A DNA stretch of 64,000 nt from Leucoraja ocellata. Its lineage: Eukaryota. This document shows, in pieces, positions 10,225-20,969 of this stretch; position 1 is the first letter of the stretch, and every line of letters begins with the position of its first letter. The stretch covers positions 1,550,001 to 1,614,000 of the forward strand of contig JAWMAR010000331.1 of the NCBI GenBank assembly GCA_036785375.1, read 5' to 3'. A program made the translations under genes and the position numbers. The notes beneath the pieces are model-generated. The model was not told the DNA's origin and made no database searches. It was given only the letters and a program-made list of their open reading frames with translations.

Positions 10225-12158
10225 CTACAAACCAGGAGTTTTAAATTTTTATGGCATGGATGACTTATGCCGGATACTGGGTGAGTCAATAGCTGTGGGT
10301 GACTGTTAAAGACCATAGGTGACTCAACCACCATGTCGTGAAAGACTGGGAACCATGGTTGGGTAGGCCAGTCGGGTACGACCAAAATACCTGAAGCAGA
10401 GTCTGACTGTATTTTCTGGAGTACCCGGCTGATGAGGCAGAAGGGAGGGAAAGCATAGAAGAAGAAATTTCCCCAATCCAGCGTGAAGGCATCTACCGCT
10501 GCTGCCTCTGGGTCTGGTTCCCAAGCCACATACATGGGTAACTGGTGATTCAATCTAGACGCGAACAAATCTATATCTGGCGTTCCATATTGCTTAGTAA
10601 TTTTTGCAAATATTTTTGGATCTAACATCCATTCGATGTTATCATTGAATTTTCGTGACCTGGTGTCTGCCACTGTGTTTAGCTTACCTGGTAAATAGGC
10701 AGCTGATAGCCAAATATGTCTCTCGACACACCATTGCCAGATTATATTAGCCAATTTGTCGCATGATACTGATTTTATGCCACCCATGTGCTTGATGTAG
10801 GCCACCACCGTTGTATTGTCAATCATTAACCTAACATGCACGTGCTGCATATTGGATGAATATGCTTTTAGCCCATAAAAGGCGGCCAGCATTTCCAAAT
10901 AATTTATGCCTAGTGAGTGTAGCAGCGATGTCTCGGAATTAGTCCATCTGCCACCTGTGCTGGATATAGAGTTAGTAGCTCCCCAGCCTAAAGCACTGGC
11001 ATCCGTCGTGATGACTATGTTAGGATTGGTGATGACAATGGGACTGTAACTGTGCCAAATATTTTCTGACCACCACTGAAGTTCTGATATGGCCTCAGTG
11101 GGTAAATACATTGTTCGGTCATAATGCCCCCTACTTTGGTGTAGTGCATGTGTCCTTGCTCTTTGTAAATTTTGGTAATGCAAGGGTCCATATTGTGCAG
11201 CTGGAAATGCTGCTACAATACTTCCAATGACTCTGGCAACATGCCGGATCCTTGGTTGTGTATTTGCGATTAAATTGTTGCATGCTTGCGCTAATGCAAC
11301 CTTTTTATCCCTTGGCAGAGTAACAGTCATGTGGATAGAATCGATGGTGAAGCCTAGATAGTCCATGTTAGTTGACGGCTTCAATTTCGATTTATCTGGG
11401 TGTAGAACAAATCCCAACGTTTCAAGGAGTTGTTTAGTAGCTGAAACTGCTGCGACAGCTAGTTCCTTGGTTTTCCCCATTATGAGAATGTCGTCCAGAT
11501 AAGCCATGACTAGGTATTTTTGTTCTCTTAATATTTTCATGGATACTTTAAGAATTTTGGTAAATAATCTGGGAGCTGTCATTAACCCATTGGGCAGTGC
11601 TCTATATTGCCATTGTTGCCCCATCCAGATAAATTTCAGGTATCTAAAATGATCCTTGTGAATGGGTACTAAATAGTAAGCATCTTTGATGTCTATGCTT
11701 GCCATGAAGTATCCCTTGGAGATCAGTTGTCTGGCAGTGACAAATGTCTCCATTTTGAAATGTTGATACTCAACAGATTGATTTAGTGATGTTAGATCAA
11801 TGATGATGCGACATCCACCATCTTTTTTGTTTTTAATAAATATATTTGATACAAATTCCAATGGCTCATGTCTGGTCCTTTCAATGACTCCTTTAGACAT
11901 GAGCCTACCTAGTTCAGCCTGTCCTTCCTCCTTCTCTAGTTCAGTGGGAAGGAATACCCTTTGGGGTATATGCTGAACCGGCGGTATTATGCCTGTTTTA
12001 AATTCAATTTTGTATCCACTAATACTGTTGAGTATGTATTTGTTGTTAGTGATAGTACACCAAACATGTTTAAAGAACCGTAAACGCCCTCCTGTTAGTA
12101 AAACACCCTTGGTTTTTGTATGTTGACAGGAACCAGACCCACCTACCTCCATGTTCAT
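10218..12158 (-). CDS. DIRS pol: reverse transcriptase, RNase H and adenine-methyltransferase-like domain (646 aa from ATG 12158)
   Basis: SIDIKDAY, LPNG, YLDD (RT); TTDASALGWG, INYLE, DNTT, ADTRSR (RNase H); IDLFAS, YAFPPF (MTase-like); uninterrupted. Confidence 0.96.
   Translation of the reverse strand: MNMEVGGSGSCQHTKTKGVLLTGGRLRFFKHVWCTITNNKYILNSISGYKIEFKTGIIPPVQHIPQRVFLPTELEKEEGQAELGRLMSKGVIERTRHEPLEFVSNIFIKNKKDGGCRIIIDLTSLNQSVEYQHFKMETFVTARQLISKGYFMASIDIKDAYYLVPIHKDHFRYLKFIWMGQQWQYRALPNGLMTAPRLFTKILKVSMKILREQKYLVMAYLDDILIMGKTKELAVAAVSATKQLLETLGFVLHPDKSKLKPSTNMDYLGFTIDSIHMTVTLPRDKKVALAQACNNLIANTQPRIRHVARVIGSIVAAFPAAQYGPLHYQNLQRARTHALHQSRGHYDRTMYLPTEAISELQWWSENIWHSYSPIVITNPNIVITTDASALGWGATNSISSTGGRWTNSETSLLHSLGINYLEMLAAFYGLKAYSSNMQHVHVRLMIDNTTVVAYIKHMGGIKSVSCDKLANIIWQWCVERHIWLSAAYLPGKLNTVADTRSRKFNDNIEWMLDPKIFAKITKQYGTPDIDLFASRLNHQLPMYVAWEPDPEAAAVDAFTLDWGNFFFYAFPPFCLISRVLQKIQSDSASGILVVPDWPTQPWFPVFHDMVVESPMVFNSHPQLLTHPVSGISHPCHKNLKLLVCRF
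12141..12149 (-). promoter_or_regulatory. Candidate splice donor GAG|GTAGGT four codons into pol
   Basis: ATG AAC ATG GAG|GTAGGT, phase 0; ATGGAG|GTAGGT also in DIRS-B (44433-44422). Confidence 0.65.
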
Positions 12159-13383
12159 TTTTGGGAGCGTCTCCGTTGGTGGGTTTGGCTCGAGGGCGTT
12201 CTTGTTGGTGCTGTCACGGGGCGGCGTATCTTCCCACGGCTCCACTCTGGGCCCCTCTCTAAAAAAGAGCTGTGGGGGTAGTGAGGAGCGGTCGCCAGGC
12301 TTTCACCAGTCCGGTATCTGCTGGTGGATGCCGAGGGGTGCTGCCAACTGGGTGTCTTCGCCCTGCTCGGCGCTGGTCCTGCCCTCATGAGGCCTACTGG
12401 TTTGGCCGCCTCTTCAAGTTCTTTGAGCCTTTTCCCCAGGTCAGCCCCAAATAGCAGTGCCTCTTTCTCTGGCGCAGGAGCTTTGCAAAGCCCCGCATAT
12501 TTGGGGTTGAGGGCAGGCCTGATGTTTTCCCGCCTTAAGTTGTTCATCTCAAAGTGGGTGTTACACATCAGAGCTAGGACATCCTGTTGGGGTGTAGTGA
12601 GGTCCGTGTGCTCTGCGGACCGAGCAAAGGCGGTGATGGCTGCGGTATGGAGCTTCAGGATGCGCTGCATCTTCAGCTCTTGGCTCCTGATGTGTTGGCC
12701 TAGCTGGCTCCATATCTGGCCATTGACGGTCTTAACCCGCAGCTCCTCACAGTTCTCGGGTGCCGTGTACGTCTCGAGAGCCTCCTGGAGTACTTTCTCC
12801 TGGAGAGGCTTGTTGGATAGCCGGTTTATGCTTGCCGCCATTTTTGGGCTCAGCATTCTCCCGGCCCTCGGGGGCGCCGCATATCTGTTGACCACACCCA
12901 GCAGCTCTTCTTCCTCCTGCTCCCCTGGCATACTTGTGCAGTCGTCCGCCTGCCCCTGCGATAAGCCAGCCCAGTCCTGGCCTCCCTTGCTGACCTCAAA
13001 CAAGGAGGGAGCAGAGGGGTAAGGTGACGGTTTGGAGGAGGCCTCAGCCCGTCCTCCCTGGAGATGCCTTGCCTGCATCTCCTGCTCGAACATTTGTTCG
13101 AGGAGCTGCCTCATGCAGCTTAAGCGGCTGTCTCCCCGTTTCGCCGGTGGAGAATGTTCCCGATCCTCCAACGAGCAGAGACCACCGGCCGGTCCGTTTT
13201 ACGGGTGGATTTCCTCCCTGTGCGAGGTGTTGAAGTCGGCAGCACAGGGAGCGGCTCGGGGTCGGGTGTACGGGAGCGCTGAAAATGCTCCTCTGCCGCC
13301 AGTGGCTGCCGCCCAGATGTCGACCCTTCCTCGGGGGGAGTTGGGCAGGCAGTCCGTTTAGTTTGTCGCTTGCGGGTAGCCAT
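12155..13383 (-). pseudogene. DIRS gag-like ORF1, apparently broken by one frameshift
   Basis: ATG 13383 (MATRKRQ...) stops at 13120; the main 338-aa frame (PENCEELRVKTVNGQIW, RRENIRPALN, LLFG) is closed by a TAA near 13200, so the shift lies in about 13120-13200; the gag TGA overlaps the pol ATG (ATGA). Confidence 0.8.
12259..12286 (-). promoter_or_regulatory. Candidate 3' splice acceptor upstream of the pol ATG
   Basis: CCTCAC branch-like motif, then CTCTTTTTTAG (AG at 12260-12259); CTTTTTTAG at the equivalent position of DIRS-B (AG 44563-44562). Confidence 0.65.
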
Positions 13384-13414
13384 GCTAGCGACTTCTCTGC
13401 AATACAAAAGACTC

Positions 13415-13423
13415 ACTTACCTG
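13415..13423 (-). promoter_or_regulatory. Candidate 5' splice donor CAG|GTAAGT in the DIRS-A leader
   Basis: Perfect consensus, GT at 13420-13419, 37 nt upstream of the gag ATG. Confidence 0.7.
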
Positions 13424-13559
13424 AGGTCTTGTCTTTATCCTGCAGCTGGAGAGCCTGGCTCCAGCTGCCGCCGCTGTTGCGCTGCTGGCGTAATGCCGCG
13501 CCTGCGCACTGGGTGGGTTCTTCACGTAGTCACTCACGTGACTCCGAAGTAAAATCCGA

Positions 13560-14010
13560 CAGTACCCCAACTCATGCATGGTCTCCAGAAGCCTGAAAAC
13601 AAAGGGGATAAAGCTGTTCCTGAGTCTGGTGGCGAGTGTCAGAGGTGTGTCAGAGGTTATGGGGCAAAGGCAGGAGAATGGGGTTAGATGGGAGAGATAG
13701 ATCAGCCATGATCGAATTGAGGAGTAGACTTGATGGGCCGAATGGCCTAATTCTGCTCCTATCACTTATGACCTTAGGAGTGATTTCAAGGTTCTGTATC
13801 TTCTGCCTGACGAGGACAAGGAGAAGAAGGAATGACCAGGGTGGGACAAGTCTTTAACTATGTTGGCTGCTTTCCTGAGGCAACGTGAAATGTAGATGGC
13901 GTCAACCATGGCAAGTGTGGTCTGTGTGCAGGACTGCGCTGCATCCACAACTCTCTGTAAGTTATTGCGGCCTTGGCATAGCTGCTGTCAAACAAGCTGT
14001 GACGCAACAC
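13560..14010 (-). mobile_element. Rex1/Babar-like LINE 3' remnant with a short CR1 tail inside (13655-13770)
   Basis: ORF 13766-13948 RCLRKAANIVKDLSHPGHSFFSLSSSGRRYR is a typical Rex1 C-terminus. Confidence 0.7.
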
Positions 14011-14229
14011 AACAGTGGGCTTTCTTTGTCCTCGTCAGAAGCCTCACCTTTATACCCCCTCCGCCCCCACCTCAATGAGTTCCAGGCCCACCATGCCGTA
14101 GAGTTTTTCTTCCCTCCGCCTCCATGCTCTCTATGGGAGGGAGTCCTCAGCTGCCAGCGATAACCCCTTCTCCCTGCTCCACTGGTCCCACTCTTCTTGG
14201 ACACCTCTACACTCTTTAGACCTTTTCAT

Positions 14230-15238
14230 TTGTAACTGCCAGCATGATAACAACTGCTTTAACTTTTCAACCCCAATTACCTACTCTAACCTCACCCCCT
14301 CTGAATGTACAGCTCTCCGCTCAATTTGCAGCAACCCTGACATCACAAACCCTGCTGACAAGGGAGGTGCCGTGATATTCTGGTGAGTTGACCTCTACCA
14401 CACTAACCTCTCGGACACCTCCTCCTACTTATGCTTGGACCATGACCCCACAGTCTGCACCAGGCCATAATCCCTCATACCATTTCTGATTTTATCCCTT
14501 ACGGCTGTCTGCCCTCCACAGCCTCCAACCGTATCGTTTCCCAGCCCCGCACGGCCCGGTTTTATCTTCTTCCCAAGATCCATAAGCAGAACTGCCCTGG
14601 CAGATCCATTGTTTCTGCCTGCTCCTATCCCCCTAAAATCATTTACACATATCTCGATACCATCCTTTTCCCCCTGGTCCAATCCCTTCCTACCTATGGC
14701 CAAGACACCTCACATGCCCTTCCACTATTTACTGTAATAACTTTTGATTTCAAGTTCCCTCAACTTTACTATGGACGTTCAATATCTCTACACCTCCATC
14801 CCCCATCAGGAAGGCCTTAAAGCCATCTGCTTCTTCCTCAACCACCGATCCAGCCAATCTTCCTCTACTAACACTCTCCTCTGCTCAGCGGAGCTATGCT
14901 GGTCCTCATTCTTAACAACTTCTCCTTCGATTCCTCCCACTTCTTCCAAATCAAAGGCGTAGCTATGGGCACTTGGATAGGCCCCCACTATGCCTGCCTT
15001 TTTGTTAGGTACTTCAAACAATCCTTTTTCCAGGTGTAGACTAACCCTATCTCCGAACCCCGCTACATTGCCAACTGATCGGGGCTACCTCCTGCACCCA
15101 TACTTATGTAGTCTTCTCAGACTATTAACTTCTATACTAACTTTCCCTGCACTCAAATTCACCTGGAGCATCTCCGACACCTCCCTCCCCTTTCTTGATC
15201 TTACCATCTCAATCACAGGAGATAGACTCTCAACTGAC
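14230..15238 (+). mobile_element. Penelope-like element, decayed RT region
   Basis: Peptides ADKGGAV, FYLLPKIHK, TMDVQYLYTSIP, KGVAMGT, SLPFLD across frameshifts. Confidence 0.85.
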
Positions 15239-15679
15239 CAGGCACGGAAATCGCTATCAAAACATGGTGGGGACACAATTTCTTGGTGGCTACGAGCGCG
15301 TGCGCGTGCACACGTGAGGCTTCAGCCGTGGGCCCTGTTACGGTAACATCGGGAGCTGACCTGGTTGGTGACCGACTCCGAACTCCAGCAACAGCAGCTT
15401 CGTCCGCCCCGAATCGTGGGGCTTGAATCGACCCATTCACGGGGTCTTTCATCGGCCGGCGGGGCTTCAACATCGAGAGCCTTGATCGCCTCGATGCAGC
15501 AGTTTGTTTTTAAGCCGCGCAGGGCGCTGAAAGGCCCCGTGAACAGGCCAATTCAGCCCTTAGAAAGCGTCTGATAAAGTCTGGATCACAAAACCTGGGG
15601 GGGGGGGGGGTATTGTCCCCCACCTCTCAAAGCATGGGGGGGGCATGTCCGCTTGTCCGCCCCAGAATTTCTGCCCATG
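15239..15679. mobile_element. hAT-like MITE inserted in the Penelope copy
   Basis: Ends CAGGCACGGAAAT / ATTTCTGCCCATG; antisense-related to 24681-25435; TSD degraded. Confidence 0.7.
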
Positions 15680-16661
15680 CACTGTCCAAATTTGGTCTTA
15701 ACTATTTTTTTCCTCTTCACATACGTAAAGAAGGTTTTACTTTCCTTTTATATTCTTGGCTAGTTTACCTTCATACCTCAACTTTTCTCCCCATATTGGC
15801 TTTTTAGTTATCTTTTGTTATCTTAGTTATCTTCAAGCAGTCTTTCAGCAAAACATCTCTACCTTGCTATTCTGCTCTCCTCAACCAATCAGTCTCAAAC
15901 TCCACAGATGACCCAACTGTTAACCACTGGTCACCAGTCGGTATTTCACACAATATTTACTCATTTACTGATATTAGCCACTTCCTCCCCAGTAAGAAGC
16001 AACTGATTATCAGAGCACACTTACTGGCTGAACCTCATCCCTCTCTATCAAAACAGCCACCATGCCTCGGGAACCAAACCGTGAATGATGATCATAGTTC
16101 CAACACCCTCCCATCGCAGACCACATTGGCCAATCCTCAATCCATCGCCTGCTTATCAGTCCAATCCCACCCACAAGTTCCACAACTCTTTCTCTTGCCC
16201 CTTCACATTCGGCCGTGGCTCCAGACCGGACGTGAATTTTGTGTGCAACGTTACCAATGGGCCCACAAACTATTAGCTAATAGATATTGATGGGTTAATT
16301 GAGAGGGCAACAAATTGGCAAAAGGGGTAAAATAGAAGATAATGTCAAATTGTTCACTTTGGTAGGAAGAATAATAAGGCAGATAAACCTATCAATATCC
16401 CTCTGTCATCAGTATCCTCTCCCCGTGTACAATATTTGTATCATCCACTCATTAACCTGTTGCTTTCCCTGCAGAATTATTCTACTGTTCTACAGTGCCA
16501 TCTTCTGAGAAACAAGTGAAACAATAAAATCCTGGTTTCTAATGCTTCATAGGTAGTGCACTGTTTCACACAAAACACTATCAATACCTAGATTTTTTTT
16601 TTGTGCTTGCAAAGTTGTGATTAATAGTTATAGTGGAGCAAGTTAATGAATACTTTGCTTA

Positions 16662-16979
16662 AGGGGCTGTCCCACTGTACGAGTTCATTCCAAGAGCTCT
16701 CCCGAGTTAAAAATAAAATCAAACTCATGGTAAGCACATAGAATGTACATAGCGGGTACGTCGGAGCTCGGGACGTCTCTTAGCGGCTCGTAACGCTAAC
16801 GGCAGGTACTCAGGAAACGCGGTAAGCCCGTGAAGACTCGTGAAGATTTTTCAACATGTTGAAAAATGTCCACGAGAGCCCCGAGTACCTACAGGCGGCT
16901 ATTACCGTAATTCTCCGAGTTCGAATCAGGGGAAAGTCGGAAGAACTCTTGAATTAGCTCGTACAGTGGGACAGCCCCA
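16662..16979. mobile_element. Harbinger-like MITE
   Basis: TIR GGGGCTGTCCCACTGTACGAG / CTCGTACAGTGGGACAGCCCC; TAA flanks. Confidence 0.85.
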
Positions 16980-16984
16980 TAAGT

Positions 16985-17950
16985 ATTTGAATGGAGAAAG
17001 ACACCTTAAAGTTGTAGTGCAAAGAGATTTGATCATCCTCTTACATGAAACTCAAGAGGCTGACAACCAGATATGGCCAGCAATCAAAACACACGGAGAA
17101 TGCTGTCTCATATTTCAAGGTAGCTAACATGTAAAAGTAGGGATGTCTTAGTGCAACTGTGCAATGACTAATGAGACCACAACTAGAATACTGTAAATAA
17201 TTTTGGCTCCCTTATGAAAGGAAAATGACATGATTGCTGGAAGTAGTTTAGTTTAGTTTAATTTAGTCTATTGTCGTATGTACCAAGGTACAAGGAAAAG
17301 CTTTTTGTTGCATGCTATCCAGTCAGTGGAAAGATTACACATGATTACACTTGAGCCAACCACAGTGTACAGATACAGGATACAGGCAATAACATTTAGT
17401 GCAAGATAGTCCAGTATAGTCCTATTAGAGATATTGAAAGAGTCTCCAGTGTGGTAGAAGGTAGCTCAGGACCGCCCTCTAGTTGGTCATAGAAACTTCA
17501 CTAGGATGTTCTCATGTAAGGAGAGACTGTCCCATAAAGAAGGGAAAAGATACTTATTGGAACTTAAAAAGAATGGCAGGTGATGTTATTGAAACATATG
17601 AGGTTCTTATGGAAACTTGGTAGGATAAATGCTGGGAGCATGTTTGTCCTCATGGGAGAATCTACAATCAGAGGGTAAGGTCTCAAAATATGAGGCCACA
17701 TATTTAAGCCTGAAATGAAAAAGGATATTTTCTCTCGACGAGTTGTGTGTTTAGAATTCTTTGTCCCACAAAGCTGAATTTTGGGTGAAGCCTTGTATAT
17801 ATTCAAATCTGAAATTAATCTTAAATCACAAAGACAATGGAGGTTATGCACATAGATTAGGAAACAGACTTTGAGCAAATTACAGTCAGTCATGATTTAA
17901 ATGAATGGCCGAGCAAGCCCGAGTGGCCGGCTGGCCTACTCTCTTCCTAT
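16985..17950 (+). mobile_element. Old CR1 LINE remnant with internal insertion
   Basis: Decayed VVVQRDL, RPQLEYC and LIETY motifs plus CR1-type 3'UTR. Confidence 0.65.
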
Positions 17951-17968
17951 TTCTCACTGCATTGACTC

Positions 17969-19841
17969 GTAGCAATGTTACAAAACCTACCTTCAGCGGT
18001 GCTGCAGATCTGCCACTGGTTGTGTGTGCGACTCCAGCACCTTTGATGGGGGGGGGGCGCGGGGTTAAAATGCTGGTTTGTATCGCTTGTCAGAGAGGGA
18101 TTTCCTCGGGCTGCTAGTTGATGAAGAAAAATCGATCGGACTTCCGTTCCCGTTTTTTTTTTAAATCGCTGGACAATTTAATAGTTGGTTTAAAACAAAA
18201 GGCGACTTTGAACGCCCTCAACACCTTCAATGTGATGGATCGTAATATCAGGACAAAACAAAGGGTAATTCGTTTATTTCACATTTACTCTTACTTCTTG
18301 GGGTGGCTTTAGTCTAATTTTACGATGCGAAAATGTTATTTAGTCCCAAAACGATTCGGCCATGTCTTTGCCTGCTGATATGGGGTTAAAATTCACGGCA
18401 ACGGCAACGTTCCAATCAATCGCAATCCAGAAACATCCACTCGCAAGATTATTTAAATTATCTTTTTTTTGGACAATCATGTCATAAATCGTCTATATTT
18501 TGTGTAATTGTCTATCCATAATCAATATTTTTATACTAAATATCCACAACAGTTTTAGTCACATGTATTGTGCAAAAAATAATAATTTTGATTATATTGA
18601 GAGTGGATGTTTCTAGATTAATTTATGGGAATTAAACATTAAATTCCTTCAATTTGGCATATAAGTTCATGACAGTGAGATTTAAAAACCATGTTATATT
18701 GTGAATTATTGTGTGAATGGGATTAGTTTGTTATTTGGAAACTTAGGCTATTTTTTAAAAATTGCCTTTTCTTAAGAAATGGATAGATGTTTAGATCTGG
18801 TAATTGAATTTAGATTAATTTAATTGTTTAGATGAATTTAATTGATTTGATGAAACTGATGAATATGAATTTTTTGTTGGGTATTTACTATTTGTTTTAG
18901 TGTTCAACTTTATCATTTCTACCTTTATTCTAAAACTGCAAATAATAACTTGTTTCTGTTAATGTTGTTCAGTGTTTTTTTCCTTTACGTTTTAAACAGA
19001 TGTCTCCAAAGAAGAAATGCAAAATTGTCAATCCAAATGCCCAGCAAAAGAGACTGATTTAGACAGCATTCGCAGAGATTATCCGAATTTGAACTACTCC
19101 AAAAGTGATGATCTACAGGGCATTCTTAATGGGACAGTAGTGGGCAGAAAGGCATGTCATGCGTGGTTTGAAGAGCAAAAACTTGTAGTTTACAATGCCA
19201 AAATTGAAAAGTTGAGGAAAAACAAGGTGTACAGAGTTGGTTACAATCTGAGGAGTATGGTGATAATACTGATTATGATATGCCAATGTACCAGCTAGCA
19301 ACTGGTCTTCTCCATAAAGACTTGGTCTATTGCTAGAAATTGTAATTTATTTACCTATCTGTTATGGACTTACAGCATATATTACAATACTATTAAAGTT
19401 CTGATCTTGAGAGTATCACATTTTTGAATTTTCAAGGAAGTCTGGGTATTTATTACTATTTCCGTCACAACGGTCAATTTTGTAATTAGCTACAATTAGG
19501 TTAACTAATTATATGCTTTAATTTCAGGTCATCCAAGTAAGATGTTCATATTTGTTTCAGAACGCTTCAATCTATAATAGCTGAACATTTCATTCAGTTC
19601 TCTTAATTTTTAAGAAAGTTATGGGCTTTTGACTGTCCTCGATCACAGCTTTTGTGTTAAGTCAATGGGAAAGCAATAGGGAACAAGATGCTAATTTCCG
19701 AGTATGAAATGGCCATAACTTTTTAATACTGAAGATATGGTAGTGGATTAGATATCAAATTAAACTTATTTTTATGCTTTATCTGGTGGGGTAAATTGCA
19801 GACTTGATTTTTAAAATCTCAACATTTTGTAACATTGCTAC
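17969..19841. mobile_element. Unclassified 1.9-kb TIR element
   Basis: Perfect 17-bp TIR GTAGCAATGTTACAAAA / TTTTGTAACATTGCTAC; AT-rich interior; flanks only partly match (CATTGA). Confidence 0.75.
19000..19336 (+). pseudogene. Terminal-exon-like coding fragment inside the TIR element
   Basis: Strong acceptor TTTTTTTCCTTTACGTTTTAAACAG; peptide ...VVGRKACHAWFEEQKLVVYNAKIEKLRKNKVYRVGY, a frameshift, then QSEEYGDNTDYDMPMYQLATGLLHKDLVYC*; ATTAAA downstream. Confidence 0.55.
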
Positions 19842-20639
19842 ATTGAGAATCATAAATATTAATAAGAACTTTGATTCAAGGTTCAGATAATCTCAGAATT
19901 CTTCAACTTAACGCCATTTAATACTGTGTACTGGCATTTTCATCCAAAAGCCATTTTGGGGAAGTTGGTGCCTCTATTATACACTTTTGTCCTGGCCAAT
20001 GATAATTCCATTTAATGATGGTAATGCCATTGAATATCAAGGCCAGATACTGCAATTGGACTCTTTCTTGATGTAAATCTCTACCTTCTGATAGTTGGCT
20101 TTTCCATCCTGGAAAAAAAAATACTCTGTACACCATATCTATTCATCCAATATTATGCTTTCATCTGACTGTGATGAAAGTAGATGAAACAGATGAAGAT
20201 GATTGGGATATTGGGTGCAGTCCTGACCAATTCCTGCAGCCATGTCTTCCTATGAATGGGATGATTGGCTTTCAACAACCACGACATATAATACTTTCTT
20301 CATGTTGGAATAAGGCTGTGATGAGATCTGGAAGTAAGCGATACAGGCAGAATCCATACTGGCTATTGATGAGCCAGTTATCAGTGAGCAAATGTGATCA
20401 TTGTCCATGACATCTTCCATGACTCTGGGGTTAAGCAATTGAGTAATAATTAGCCTGTGTGAAATTGTCCTGCAACCTTCGCGATGACAACTATACCCAA
20501 ACAACTTGGCTGGAGGCACAGCCAATTCAGCACCACTAGTCCCCAGCCTTATACAGTATTTTACCTTTCCTTCATGAGATTCATGAGTTTCTGTTTTACT
20601 TTTTCTCATTGCAAATCCACCAAAGCACATATCTTCCCA

Positions 20640-20810
20640 GATGGACACAAAATGCTGGTGCAACTCTGCAGGACAGGCAGTATCTCTGGAGAGACGGAAT
20701 GGGTGATGTTTTGGGTTGAGACGCTTCTTCAGACTAAGAGTCAGGGGAGAGGGAAGCCAGAGATATGATCGGGAAAGGTGTGAAAACGATAGACCAAAGC
20801 TGTTGATCAA
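20640..20810 (-). mobile_element. Penelope pLTR fragment with hammerhead-like motif
   Basis: Same family as 1152-1247. Confidence 0.7.
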
Positions 20811-20969
20811 CTTTAATGTTATTTCTTATTAGTGCAACGTTATTTAGTCATTTGAACACCCAATGAAAATATCTAACTTTGGGGGTTTTTCTGAAATATT
20901 GCAACAATCTCCAGTTTTATAAACAAAAGGCATGAAAGGTCAGAAGTTTAAATCTGTTGGATTTATGAT

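Larger units (their letters stand above)
8749..13554 (-). mobile_element. DIRS1-like tyrosine-recombinase retrotransposon, near full length (DIRS-A)
   Basis: Order gag, RT/RNase H/MTase, YR; 36-bp ITR (8822-8857 vs 13493-13528); ICR 8974-9086 complementary to both termini; AAT repeated at both ends instead of a classical TSD. Confidence 0.97.

Noticed and set aside
9247-12158. Bacterial or phage integrase plus RT plus methylase system (retron, DGR or contamination)
   Set aside because: Domain order, ITR/ICR structure and vertebrate repeat context identify a eukaryotic DIRS element.
12159-12245. GTG-initiated N-terminal extension of pol in the ORF track
   Set aside because: Non-ATG start overlapping gag; the MEVGG start at ATG 12158/12152 is shared with DIRS-B.
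12324-13022. 232-aa plus-strand ORF
   Set aside because: Antisense shadow of GC-rich gag with no recognisable motif.
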